From positions 186,001-250,000 of the forward strand of contig CM030334.1 in NCBI GenBank assembly GCA_017654855.1: a stretch of 64,000 nucleotides of DNA. The letters are read 5' to 3'. The position numbers and the translations under genes were made by a program. The stretch comes from Podospora anserina (lineage: Eukaryota). The notes under the pieces are model-generated. The model saw only the letters and a program-made list of their open reading frames with translations. It was not told the DNA's origin and made no database searches. Below are positions 48,334 through 60,048 of the stretch, piece by piece; positions within the stretch are counted from its first letter, which is position 1; each line of letters begins with the position of its first letter.

Positions 48334-51300
48334 ATGCCCGCTTTCAGTTCGACTGTTTGGCAGAGCTTTATCCGGCAAGGATTTACCAAGTCCATCACCC
48401 AAGGTTACGCCCAGTCGGTCGTTGCTGCCACCCACCCTCATGTTCTAAACTCACAGAACCGCCCGTCCTTTGGGCGCCGCAACCATGCCCGTATCGGTCG
48501 CCGTCTTTCGACTCTTGGGCTCCAGTCTGCTTTCCACACCAGCAGCTCGACCGTCGCCGCTGGGCCTGTTGAGCCGCAACGTTTGGGCAAGGCTGTTAGC
48601 ACCAATGGCGGCCTAGATGCTTACTTTGAGCAATTGCAAAAGACCCAGCAAGTTGCCGAGGAAGGGGCCGTGGAAGAGGTGGAATCCGACAAGGAGTGGA
48701 CTCAGTTCCAGTTTCAGCAGCGCATCGAGTGGAAGCCAACCCCGGCTTCCATCCTTCTCGGTTCCGATGCCAGCAAAACCCTCGCCCTCGATGTCGACCC
48801 CGCCCAAGTCACCAAGCGCGATGCCTCCCCAGCCATCACCCCCGAGGCCGAGGCCGCCCTTGCCCACATCGATGCGCGTCTCGCCGAGGAGATTGAGGTT
48901 CGCAAGCAGCTGGATGCGTTGGAAGAGGAGGTGGAATCCCTCCGCGCCACGTCTCCAGCTCTGGCCGAAAAGCTCGAGGAAGAGATTAGGTCGCGAACCA
49001 TCACTCCTGTTTCCCATATCCGAACTCCCGCCAGCCTCGTCCGCACGCCTCCCGTCGATCCCCAGTCCCAGTCCTACGCCGACCACCTCGTGAAACTCGC
49101 CGACGGCGGACGATATGTCGAGATTCCGGCAGTCTTCGAGGCCATGCTTGTCGCCGGCATCAAGCCCATTGCTGCCGCCTACAATGTCTTGCTTACTGCC
49201 GCTTTCCAGCTGGCACCAGACAAGTCCGAGGTGGTGAACAAGGCTCTGGATATCTACACGGATATGCTTAGACGCAAGGTTGCCCTGGACAGCGAGACAT
49301 ACAACATTCTTGTCAGCTTGCTGGCTTCTCGTTCGCTCGAGGTGTCTGCGCTGCAAGAGGCTCTCGAGGTGAAGCGTGTGCGGTTTGGTGGCATGGATGA
49401 GCCCGGCAAGTTCATGTTTGCCTCTCATGAGCTTGAGCTTGCCATCTTGGGGGAGGAGGAGCGTCTTGACCTTGCCATCAAGTTGTTCGAGAGCTCTGTC
49501 TCATCCAACAAGGCCGGTTATACCTCGGAGACCTACCACCAGATGATCTCAGCGTGTGCCAAGGCTGGTCGCGTGTCCAATATGCTCGAGATGTTTGAGT
49601 ACATGGAGTGCAACCAAGCTGTCCCTTTTGCTGCCACTTTCCCTGCCATGATCACAGCTTTCGCCAAGTCCGGTGATTTGATCAGCGCCGTGGAATGCTA
49701 CAACGAGTACCGCAACCTTGCCATCGCCAACGACAATGGCGAGCCGACGTTGTTGAAGCGCGCCGATGCTCAGGTGTACGCCTCTGTCATCAATGCCTAC
49801 GTCATCTCCGACAAGCTTCCTGGTGCCGTGAAGTTCTACAAGAAGATCCTGCAGGAGTATGGTGTAACTGCTGCAGAGATCAAAGACGCTCTGCTTGCCG
49901 GTGGCTTTGTCAAGGGCTTCATCAAGCGTGGCGTCTACTCGGAAGCTCTTCAATGGGCTCAAAGCATCGAGAGCGAGATTAGAGGTCGGGCCATGAACGA
50001 AATTGCCACGGTTGCTGCCGACAATGGCGACAAGCTGACTGCGGTTGCCGCCTTTGCCAATGCCTCTCCTTCCTCTGAGATGGTTTCTTCCGCCATGGCC
50101 TTGCTTGCGATGAGCATCCGCGCCGGTGATCTCGGTGCGGCAGCTCGGTACTGGGATATCCTCTGTGGCTCTGGCTTCAAGTTCACCGTGTCCTTTGTTG
50201 AACCGGCAGCCATGTATGCCGTGGCCATGATTGGTTCCGGGCAGGTGATGGAGGGTTTGACTCAGTCTGAGTGGATGTTCCAGCGCATCCGCGAGACCGT
50301 TCCCGCTGCTCAGCTCGAAGGTGAGATTGAGGAAGCCACCGAGTTCATCTCTAGGTTCATGGCCGTTCGCGGCATTGTGGATCCTCGTGAAGCTTCTCCC
50401 GTCTCTTATGCCCCTTCCCAGTCTTTCGCCCCTTCGCCATTCCCATCGACTCCAGCTGTTGCTCACCATGAGGAATCCTTTGACCCCTATGCCCAGAACA
50501 CCGACTTCAAGGGATCTTCATTGATTTCGGATGAGTTGGAGGGCGCCCACGGTCGCAAGGGTCCCAAGCTGAGTGATGCACTCAACCGTTTCCGCAACAT
50601 CCGTCGTGCTGGTCGCCATCCTCGGTACATCACTTACGCCAAGCTCATCTCCGCCGCCTCCAGGGAGGGCAAGATCGATCTTTGCCACGAAATTCTCGCC
50701 ATGGCCCGGACGGATGTGCCTCTGCTTCCTCAGTACCCAGTGGTCCGCTACGGTTGGTCGTCCATTCTGGACGCCATGGTTGGTGCCTGCTTGACTGTTG
50801 GTGACAGAGCTATGGCCGAGCAGTTCCACCAGGAGCTCCTCGCCATGGGTGCTACCCCTTCGGCCAACACCTTTGGTCTCTACATCACCACCTTGAAGGA
50901 GTCCACCAAGACCTTCGACGAGGCCACCGAAGCTGTCCGCGTGTTCCACCGCGCCAAGGCCGAGGGAGTCGAGCCTACTTCATTCCTGTACAATGCCTTG
51001 ATCGGGAAGCTGGGCAAGGCGCGTCGCATTGACGACTGTCTCTTTTACTTTGGCGAGATGCAGACGCTCGGTATCAAGCCCACATCTGTCACGTACGGCA
51101 CCATTGTCAACGCTCTCTGCCGCGTCAGCGATGAGAAGTTTGCCGAGCAGCTGTTTGACGAGATGGAGGCCATGCCCAACTACAAGGCTCGTCCGGCTCC
51201 CTACAACAGCATGATGCAATTCTTCCTCATGACCAAGAGAGACAAGTCCAAGGTTCTCGAGTACTTTGAGCGCATGAAGGCCAAGGGCATCGCCCCTACC

Positions 51301-51909
51301 GCCCACACGTTCAAGCTCCTCGTTGACACCCACGCCACTTTGGATCCTGTAGACATGGAAGCTGCCGAGTCTGTCCTCGAGATGATCAAGGCTACTGGTC
51401 AGAAGCCCGAAGCCGTCCACTACGCCAGTCTCATCCACGCCCGCGGCTGTGTCCTTCACGATCTCGAGGGTGCTCGCCGCGTATTTGACGCAGTCGTCAA
51501 GGAGTCTTCGGTTCCTCTCGTTCCCTGTCTATTCCAGGCTCTTTTCGAGGCCATGGTTGCGAACCATCGGGTTGTCGAGACCGAGCCTGTGCTCGCCATG
51601 ATGCGGTCGAATCGTGTGGAGATGACTCCCTATATCGCCAACACCCTCATCCATGGCTGGGCAGCCGAGAAGAACATTGCCAAGGCCAAGGAGATTTACG
51701 CCACTGTCAGCGCCACCAAGCGGGAACCTAGCACTTACGAGGCCATGACTCGCGCGTTCCTTGCCGTTGAGGAGCGCGAGAGCGCCAAGGGGGTGGTTAC
51801 TGAGATGCTCGGCCGCGGATACCCAAGCGCCGTCGTCAACAAGGTTCTGGAACTCCTCGGTGGCGGCGGAAACGCTGCCCCAGTCGAGGCTGCCGCCGCC
51901 GCTGCGTAA
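48334..51909 (+). CDS. cya5: Pentatricopeptide-repeat mitochondrial translation regulator, Cya5-like, 1191 aa
   Basis: Several PPR motifs (YNALIGKLGKARR, YGTIVNALCR) and a presequence-like N-terminus; orthology is by recall. Confidence 0.8.
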   Translation: MPAFSSTVWQSFIRQGFTKSITQGYAQSVVAATHPHVLNSQNRPSFGRRNHARIGRRLSTLGLQSAFHTSSSTVAAGPVEPQRLGKAVSTNGGLDAYFEQLQKTQQVAEEGAVEEVESDKEWTQFQFQQRIEWKPTPASILLGSDASKTLALDVDPAQVTKRDASPAITPEAEAALAHIDARLAEEIEVRKQLDALEEEVESLRATSPALAEKLEEEIRSRTITPVSHIRTPASLVRTPPVDPQSQSYADHLVKLADGGRYVEIPAVFEAMLVAGIKPIAAAYNVLLTAAFQLAPDKSEVVNKALDIYTDMLRRKVALDSETYNILVSLLASRSLEVSALQEALEVKRVRFGGMDEPGKFMFASHELELAILGEEERLDLAIKLFESSVSSNKAGYTSETYHQMISACAKAGRVSNMLEMFEYMECNQAVPFAATFPAMITAFAKSGDLISAVECYNEYRNLAIANDNGEPTLLKRADAQVYASVINAYVISDKLPGAVKFYKKILQEYGVTAAEIKDALLAGGFVKGFIKRGVYSEALQWAQSIESEIRGRAMNEIATVAADNGDKLTAVAAFANASPSSEMVSSAMALLAMSIRAGDLGAAARYWDILCGSGFKFTVSFVEPAAMYAVAMIGSGQVMEGLTQSEWMFQRIRETVPAAQLEGEIEEATEFISRFMAVRGIVDPREASPVSYAPSQSFAPSPFPSTPAVAHHEESFDPYAQNTDFKGSSLISDELEGAHGRKGPKLSDALNRFRNIRRAGRHPRYITYAKLISAASREGKIDLCHEILAMARTDVPLLPQYPVVRYGWSSILDAMVGACLTVGDRAMAEQFHQELLAMGATPSANTFGLYITTLKESTKTFDEATEAVRVFHRAKAEGVEPTSFLYNALIGKLGKARRIDDCLFYFGEMQTLGIKPTSVTYGTIVNALCRVSDEKFAEQLFDEMEAMPNYKARPAPYNSMMQFFLMTKRDKSKVLEYFERMKAKGIAPTAHTFKLLVDTHATLDPVDMEAAESVLEMIKATGQKPEAVHYASLIHARGCVLHDLEGARRVFDAVVKESSVPLVPCLFQALFEAMVANHRVVETEPVLAMMRSNRVEMTPYIANTLIHGWAAEKNIAKAKEIYATVSATKREPSTYEAMTRAFLAVEERESAKGVVTEMLGRGYPSAVVNKVLELLGGGGNAAPVEAAAAAA

Positions 51910-52849
51910 GCCTGGGCGTGTTCCTGTCCTTTTGGTTTTCCTTATGTTTTATAATATTTCCTCTGTCTCTGCTTTCTCTGCGTTCTTGGCATGATACCCC
52001 CTGTGTGCAACTATGGATTGATGGATGGGGATGTGATGGGTTCAATGGGAATGGACTCGGATTTAAAAAGGGGGGTGTTTATCTCAAGGATCATTGGGGA
52101 AAACAACGGGCAAAGACTCAACATGGGAGCAAAAGCATTTGTTTTATCTTTCTTTCTCATCATGGGAAGCGGGCGGCGTTCAAGGGTCCTTTTCTGGGAT
52201 AGATATCATGACCGGGGGCCCCGGCGTTTTTGCTAGCGAGGCTCGGTCTTATGGATGGTGGGTTTCACATTTTTTTTTTCATGGGAGAGAGGGATCTAAT
52301 TGATGGGTTGGGATGGACGCGAGCCCGGAAAAGAGGCGGCTGCTGGTTGCCTATGGCAAGATAGAAGATATATAACTCCACTCTATAAAGACACAATAGA
52401 AGCGTTTTAGCGTATAATCTGTCTGGATGGATTATGTGACTGTGTGACGTCGCCTCGCTAAGACATCCAATGAAAACACAAACGATTAACGCAATGGAAT
52501 ATGGATGCCAGCTCAGTCTATCAACCTTTACTCTATCTCTAGCCAAGCTTGAACTTTGCGTTTCCTCTACTGTACATATGACGTATAAAGGTAGGTACCA
52601 GACCTCAGCCTTAACAACAACAATAACAACATGACTTGGCCTCTCCTCCTTACTGATTACTAATCCTTTCTATACTCTTATGCGTCTACTCTCATATGTT
52701 CCAGAGATATTCGGCAGCCTTTGTACTGGGACTGACTTTGATATGACTGATGCCACTGCCCCTGCCCCTGTTGCTGGCTCCCGTATCGTTGTGGGTAATA
52801 GGCCTGAGCGTTGGCTGCCTGCGTCGTTGCTGGGTAGCCTGCAGGGGGG

Positions 52850-53296
52850 TTATTGAGAGTTTTGTGAATACAAAGTCTGAGCATACTGAGCAGTGTTTGC
52901 GTACACGGCTGAGGACAGCGTTGTTGTAGGCGAGAACGCGCTCGATGTGGTGGAATACCCAGCTGGATGAGAGGATGGAGCAGGAGGACAACTGGTGGTA
53001 GTTGGGTACCTGTAGTAGGAAGTGTGCGTGTAAGAAGCTGGGGAGTACGGGATTGGTGCCTTGTGGTTGGAAGCCCGAGCTTGTTCGGCCTTGTCCCTTT
53101 CATGGGCTGCTTGCCTCTGCCTCGCTTGATCGGTGAACTTTTTCCGCACCTCGTGGGCAATCTCACGGTCCAGCTCGACTATTTCTCTTTCCACAGGATC
53201 TCTCTCCTGGGTCACACGGTCGCTGTAATTTTCTGGTCGGTCGCCGTAGAGGTAAAGGGCGTCGTTGTTGCTGTAGTGGTGGGACGGGTCGGTCAT
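52850..53296 (-). CDS. Hypothetical protein (coiled-coil, then Y/S/T-rich); 3' structure uncertain
   Basis: ATG-initiated ORF with protein-like composition; a Q-rich continuation in another frame runs to ~52680. Confidence 0.4.
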   Translation of the reverse strand: MTDPSHHYSNNDALYLYGDRPENYSDRVTQERDPVEREIVELDREIAHEVRKKFTDQARQRQAAHERDKAEQARASNHKAPIPYSPASYTHTSYYRYPTTTSCPPAPSSHPAGYSTTSSAFSPTTTLSSAVYANTAQYAQTLYSQNSQ

Positions 53297-55135
53297 TCTG
53301 ACTTGCTTGTTTTGTTTTGTAGGGCTGTCGGGAAATTTGTCTGGATCGTGGGTGGTAAACAGTTGGTGGGTGCCTGCTGCACCAGCACCCGCCGCCGAGA
53401 AGCAATATCAAGATCTTGAAGAGCATGGAGGTTAGTAGCAAGGTCGCTGGTTGAGGAGTCCAACTGAGAGCACATGAGTAGGTACCCGTACCTTTATAGT
53501 TAGTTGGACTCTTGCAAAGTCTACCTTGGCTTTGCCTTCCAGGAATAGGCTGAACAACTGAATCTTGCCACCCTTCTACATGCCTCCATGATCATTCCGG
53601 AGTCGACCAGGTGTCGTAAGTTCAAAAGCACTTTTGTGGCACGTTACCAAACTTGTTTCGGGTTGTGTCATGGGTTTAGCTACCGAGGGGGCGTGTGGTG
53701 TTTTCAGTGAGACAGAAACATCGAGTACGGATCAAATAACTGCAGCTTGCAATCTGCCGAGACTCATGGATCTGACTAGTCTGAGCTGCATAGATCTCAC
53801 TCTACACACTTCTCGTGCCCAAACTAATGCAATTACCCTGATGAGTATGTCACGTATGACAGGCGTAGACAAAGATAAAGACTGCCTCTTAGCACAGGTG
53901 CCTTTAAGGATAGCTAGCTGGCTTCAGCTGAACAGTGTAGTATATAGGTGTTTGAAAATTAGTAATAGGCCCTCTAGGATAGTCAATAGACCCTTGAACA
54001 TGGTTGATAGGTTTTTAGAGATGGTTAGTACACCTTTGAGCCGGAGCCGGACTCGGTCTGTCTCTTGTCCGCTGTTCTCTTGTCCGCTGTTCTCTGAACA
54101 TGGCCACGGGCAGCGGAAGGAGGGAAGCTCCTGCCCAAGATGCAATGCTAGTTCTCCGGGCGTTTTGCAGCGACGCTCTTTTCCACAGGTCCTTTGTGGA
54201 TCCATCAGGTCGGCTGCCTGTCTGATACTGGGCTCAGGACGGGAGAGACTGCAGAGCTCCATCCCTGTGTCAGTTTTATGCTTTGAAAGATGGAAACGAG
54301 ACACTTTTTCTTTTCTTTGGGTTTCTTTCTATGGAAAAGAGCCAGCCGAGTTGGCGAGAGAGGTCCCAGGCCGGGCTCTGACATCTTTCGTTGTACTCAA
54401 TTTCCTGAAGGCCTAGTAACCCTTAGTCAACAACTTGTCGCCATGTGTTAATGCCTATCCACCATATTTCGACGCTTATTGATCAGCTTTGAGGGAACAG
54501 TTTATCAACTAGATCTCTGCACTTCATACTAAATTTCACAAGGTCCGCCAAGCCATATCAATTCAATATTTGAAGAACAGCATAACCATCTAACATCTAA
54601 TGATAGGTATAAGCTTTATGATGGATGGAGTTGTGGAGAGGTATTGTCTAAACTTTCTACTGGACATCAGGAGAACAACATTAGTCAGACTCCAGAATAT
54701 GGCCATCTGATAATTAATTAAATCCTGATATCGCCATCTCACGTCTAAAACATGGCAGGACCACCCGATACCTATCCAAGGCATGACCATCAACATTCCG
54801 CCAGCTCTGTGGCACGAGGCCAAACAGCTGTGAAACTCGATCACTCGGCCTTGAATACTCCTCTGGTTCCTCCATCCCCCCCGCGTGGTCTTACACCTCC
54901 AACACCCAACACCATTTCACCAAGCCTCGGAAGACCGGCAACACCCCACAACCCAAAGCAACCAAGACGCACCACTACCTCACGATGCCTCCAACCCAAC
55001 AGACAGACCGCACACCGGCGGCCAAAGTGGAAATTGAAGCCACACGCACCACATATCGAGAACTCCACCAGCTCCTCCAAACCCACGTCAAAGACAATTG
55101 GGGAGTACAGGCAGACATGTCTCCCTGCCCACCTG

Positions 55136-55149
55136 CTCTCTCTCTCTCG

Positions 55150-55182
<33 letters not shown>
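55136..55182. repeat. (CT)n(CA)n compound microsatellite
   Basis: Read directly. Confidence 0.9.
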
Positions 55183-55183
<1 letters not shown>

Positions 55184-55494
55184 TCGCACCCCCCAGGTTC
55201 TAACAAGCGTTCAAATACCTTTCCCAGCTCAAACGAGACGTTTGGTTTCATTTCAAGTGCAGGTCACAAGTCACAAGCATCATCAACAAAGAACAGTGGC
55301 GTAAGGTCAAAAAAGCTATGCATCAATTTATATACGGCTGAAGCGAAGGAAAAAGGAAAAAAAGCAATATGTACTGTTGTCCCCAATCCAGATGCAAGTT
55401 TCGAAACAAGTAACTATGTACAATTCATGCTCACGACACCACCACCACAGTCAACCGCGCTGGCCCCACCAGAGACGTGTGTTTCCACACGCGC

Positions 55495-57156
55495 TTAGAG
55501 GCACTGGCTGTACCACTGGTTGCTGACGACGCAGGTGTAGGGGGCAACGCACTGGGTAGGGCCGGTGTAGCCCTGGCCGCCGCACTGGCCCCAGCGGGGG
55601 ACGGTGCCACCAGGGGCGCTGGTGGGAGTCTGGGCGGCGGTCGAGGTGCTGCTGACGCGGGTCGAGGTGGGGGTGGTGGCGGTGGAGGAGGAGATGGGGT
55701 TGGGGTTGGTGCTGCCGCTGTTGAAGGTCGAGCCGATGGGGCCGAACTTGATGTTGGAGAAGGCAACGTTGGAGTTGGGGGCCTCGGCCTCGACCTCGGA
55801 GGGGACACCCGAGGTGGTGGGGCAGGCACCGCGCTCGGCACCGGGGCGGCCGGCGGCGTCGACGGGGTAGGTGGAGTCGAGCCAGAGCATGTGGGCGGCG
55901 TGGTCGTTCCAGATGGACATGACGAGGACCATGGGCTTGTCGAGGGCAAGACCCATCTGGCGGAGACCGCCCTTGGCGGTGTTGTCATCCGGGTCGCCGA
56001 AGGCGATCTTCTGGGCGTCGCACCAGTCCTGGGTGATGGAGTTCTGGTTGGGAACGCCGGGGATGCTGGAGACCGAGTTGGGGATGACGACACCGTTCTG
56101 GACGTAGAAGCGCTTGATCTCGGAGAGCTCGCCGGCGGCGTTCTTGAGGAACTGGGTGACGACGGTCATCTTCTTGGTGGTGTCGACGGTCTTGCCCTTG
56201 CCGTAGAACTCCTTGTTGCCCATGCGGTACGAATTGAAGTCGCATCCGTCGGGATCGCAAACACCGCCATAGCGGTCAGAGCTGTAAGTGCCACCGCAAG
56301 ACTCGCCCTCGCACCTGCTCTGGTCGAGGATGGTGCAGGAGTGAGGAGTGTAGGCAGTGGCCATGTTGTTGGCCTCCCAGATGTCCATCTCGGAGCAGCA
56401 AGTACCGTAGCGGCCGGCACCGGCGTTGACATCGTTGGTGGAGGGGTTCCATCCCTCGATGTTGGCCTCACCGTTGATGAACTTGATGTCACGGGGGCAC
56501 TGGGCATCGCAGTAACCGGTGCCGTACTTGGCACCAGCCTTGTTGCCAGAGTACTTGGCAAGACCGCCGTCAAGGTCCATGGAGACGAAGTAGAGGGCAC
56601 CGTTGAGACCGCAGCCAATGTTGGAGACATCGACATCGAAGGTGAACTCGTTGCCGAGGAGGTTGAAGCCTGTCAGGGGTCGTCAGCCAAGATGATCGAC
56701 GCGGGTGTCACTGTGGAAGAAGAAGAAGAAAAAAAGAAGCTTACCCTGGTACTTGGTGGCGTTCTCCATGAGGTAGGTACGCGAGCCAACGTTGGTCGAG
56801 TACTTGCCCTCGGTGACGAACTTAAGGTTCAGCTGGTTACCGCTGGTGGTGATGCCATAGGTCGCAGCATACTCGGCACCCTCAACGCAGCAGTTCTGAG
56901 CGCACTTGGTACCGGTGGTGCAGATGGAGGTATCCCACTCGTTGCCAGAGTAGCAGTTGGTGCTGCCCTGGAGGGTGTGAGTCCAGCGCCAGTTGGAGTC
57001 GAGGGTGACGGAGCCGGCGACGTTGGTGCAGGAGCCACCAGCCGAGCATCTTTGCCAGGTCAGAGGGGGGTGAGACTCGGGAGTGAGCGAGCACACCTGC
57101 TGAGCAGAGGCAGAGGCCACAAGGGCAGCGAGAGCGGCGAACTTTGCGGAAACCAT
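55495..57156 (-). CDS. cbh1: GH7 cellobiohydrolase I with linker and CBM1 (intron 56670-56744)
   Basis: Signal peptide, LDSNWRW, catalytic EMDIWE, S/T linker, [15 protein letters not shown]...WYSQCL. Confidence 0.97.
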
Positions 57157-58605
57157 TATGGCGATCTGGAGGGTTGACTGGGACCTGTAGATGCAAGGCG
57201 TGCTTGATGTCGAGGGTGGTGAGATCCAGATGGGTTCGTGAGGCCTTGGGAAGCCGACTTATATAGAGATGTGTTCGACACCCCTTCCGCCCTTGGACCA
57301 CCCTGTCGGCCCAATTTCCTTTGCTTCATGGTGCTGCCACGGCGAGATCAGCGACACTGCGGATTCACGGCACCCTTTCCTCCATGCAGCTGAGGTTGCC
57401 ACAAGGGGATGGCATCGCTGGTCGCCTCATGGGAAACGGCTCCCGGGCCGTCAAGGCTCGAGCGAGGACCCTGGATCATGCACCGGTCCTGGACTATGGG
57501 AGAGGCAAGCGCTGGCGCGGGGTCGACTGGGAGGAAGACATCTCCACGATGGGAACGCGCACACTGGTGGTCCGGCGGCGACAGACCCAAAGGGTGAAGC
57601 GTCACCGCAACCAAGGACGACGATGTGACTTGACGACCGGGGCGGTTGGAGGCTGGCCGAAGCACAGACGAGGGAATCGTGGAGCCGAGGACGACGGGCG
57701 ATGGATCAGATTGAGGCTGCTGGATGGGACGACAGGGGGCAACTGCCGCTCATTGGAGCGGGCTTGGGAGCTTGTCCAGGACATCACGGAGGGCATCCGC
57801 CGAATGCAACCTGTCTCCATCCTGGTGACCGTTGTGTGTGTCCAGGGAACATGGTCGAACAGCTTCAACATTTTGCGATCCGAGTTGCCGCGCGCAGCAA
57901 GGTATGGAGTACGTACTGCGCCTGATGTACTACAACACGTGTGTCTGGCAAAGAGTCGAAGAGGGCGGCTCGTTCTGGGGAATGCCTGTGACCCCGGTTT
58001 TTCCAAGACTTCCCCACATTCTTAGCACCCGTTTTATTTTTCTGCTCCCCTGTGAGCTTGCATGGTTCGTGAGATTGGCTTCAGTGTGCATGTCGAGGCC
58101 CGACAACCCGAGAACCCGGATTCCATGTGGCCGTCAACCGGGTGACCGGTCACCAGCGTCATCAGTGGTGCCGGCGTGTTCCGTCTTAAATGGGCATGTG
58201 AGAGCTGCTCAAAATAGAAGACAGTGGTCGAATCCAGGCTGAGGCTCAACAATGTAAATTAACACACGGTGCTGGCGGGCACAGCAAAACCGGGAAACAG
58301 CAGTGTTTTGCAATTTGGCTATATTACCAGCCGTCATGCTGTCCGGGAGCGTGGTCGCTGTCGAGAACGCCGAGCCGCCAGATCAGGAAAGGCGGCTTCC
58401 CCACACAAACTGGGAGGTGGGTTGTCGAAGCGGATCTAGGGCCGCCCTTGGCACGATCGCAGGTGGGGATGCTTGGCATCTTGAAGGATCTCGTCCCATC
58501 TTTTGTTGGTGTTCAACGGCTGGCAATTCCGGAGACAACCCAACACCGCCCGACCTGTTTGTTGACTACTCCACTCCGACTTCAAGATCGATCCATCACG
58601 GACAG

Positions 58606-58658
58606 CATGGGATGGGATGTGATGGGATGTGATGGGATGTGATGGGATGGGATGGGAT
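58606..58658. repeat. GATGG/GATGT 5-10-bp tandem repeat
   Basis: Read directly. Confidence 0.85.
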
Positions 58659-58974
58659 ACTTGCACTCAGCCACTTTTGGGCAACAAGAGAACTGAACCA
58701 CCTTCGATCGAGACCTCGAATGATTTACTTCCAGGTTGTAGGCCCCGAAATGCCATCTGCATCTTCGGACCTCACCATGCAAGCGTAAACCTTCCCTTTC
58801 CTCACCGGACATGGTGAACCTTAGCACGCCCAATACGAGGAAATGATGAGCTGATGATGTCTGCACATTGGGGCTGTCGTTTCTGCTGGGGCATTATGCT
58901 TCTGTTCTCTTTTGCTCAGGTCCCGATATCACGGCACCTCGCAGCACCAGCACGACAGCCAGAGACAATGCAAG

Positions 58975-60048
58975 ATGGGATATGAGTGGAATGGGGACCC
59001 TACCATCCTCATCGTAGTCATTGCCTGCTCGGTATGCTTCGGATGGGTGCCCATCATCACCGTCGTCAGCATCGTCCGCCACTGCCGTGCCCGCCTAAGG
59101 GCAAAACGAGGCTCGAATGGTACCAATTCTGATGCCGAAAGTCAGGGAGGCAGACCCAGCACCGCTCCTGATGTGCCCAAGCCGCTCCAGACATATCACC
59201 CCAGCTCAACCAAGGGTCTCGAGAGGAGCGCGTCAAGTCGGACACGCAGCTCCGCTGATGGCTACGACCTCAAACGTGTCGACACCAATTCTTCCTGGAA
59301 TCCCATCCGTCACTCCTTTCACTACGACAACGAATCGCTTTGGGGAGGAGACGGGCTGTCCAGGAGCAACAGTCGTCATCGGCCCCCGTACTTTCCCACC
59401 CACGTACACAACACCACACCTTCACTCAGCCGCCCAGCCTCCATCCGCTCTGTCGCATCGAGCCATCGGCAACAGAGCCGGAGCCGCCGAAGCTCAATGG
59501 CCAGCAACTCTGACAACGCACCGGCAGCCTTCCAGATCAATGACACCTACTACGACACTACACCGCTACCAAATGTGACGAGGACTGTAAACCCTGTCGT
59601 CGCCAGCAGTAGTACGCCCACCTCGTCAAAGGGGCCAGGACAAGCTCCACAGCAACGTCAACAGAAGCAGCCAAAGCAAGACAATCCACACCCACCGCAG
59701 CGCAACCGCCGCACAAGGCACTCTCTTGACGCCCGCGGGGATTCGGATTCTCTAACCCGGGACATCTCCAGACCCAACACCTCCATGACAAGACGAGAAG
59801 TCGAAGAATACGAAGACCTCGACAACCAGAAGCAAAAGGCCACCCACCGTAGCCACCGACCACCCCGGCCAGGATCAGCATCACGGCGTGGCAGCCATTC
59901 AGCACCCGGCGGCAGCGAAGAGACTGACGATGACCTCTCCATGGCCGGGGCCTTGCCGCCTGCCAAGTTGCCCCCGAGGCGAGCATCGCTCCATGCACAA
60001 ACATTTGAGCGTCCGGCATGGCTGCACGAGGAGCCCCACGCCATGTGA
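58975..60048 (+). CDS. Hypothetical single-pass membrane protein with a disordered S/R-rich tail
   Basis: N-terminal hydrophobic ILIVVIACSVCFGWVPIITVVSIV followed by a basic stop-transfer segment. Confidence 0.75.
   Translation: MGYEWNGDPTILIVVIACSVCFGWVPIITVVSIVRHCRARLRAKRGSNGTNSDAESQGGRPSTAPDVPKPLQTYHPSSTKGLERSASSRTRSSADGYDLKRVDTNSSWNPIRHSFHYDNESLWGGDGLSRSNSRHRPPYFPTHVHNTTPSLSRPASIRSVASSHRQQSRSRRSSMASNSDNAPAAFQINDTYYDTTPLPNVTRTVNPVVASSSTPTSSKGPGQAPQQRQQKQPKQDNPHPPQRNRRTRHSLDARGDSDSLTRDISRPNTSMTRREVEEYEDLDNQKQKATHRSHRPPRPGSASRRGSHSAPGGSEETDDDLSMAGALPPAKLPPRRASLHAQTFERPAWLHEEPHAM

Noticed and set aside
53634-54416. 260-aa ORF
   Set aside because: Non-ATG start and no protein-like features or motifs
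55477-57177. 566-aa plus-strand ORF
   Set aside because: Antisense shadow of the codon-biased GH7 gene
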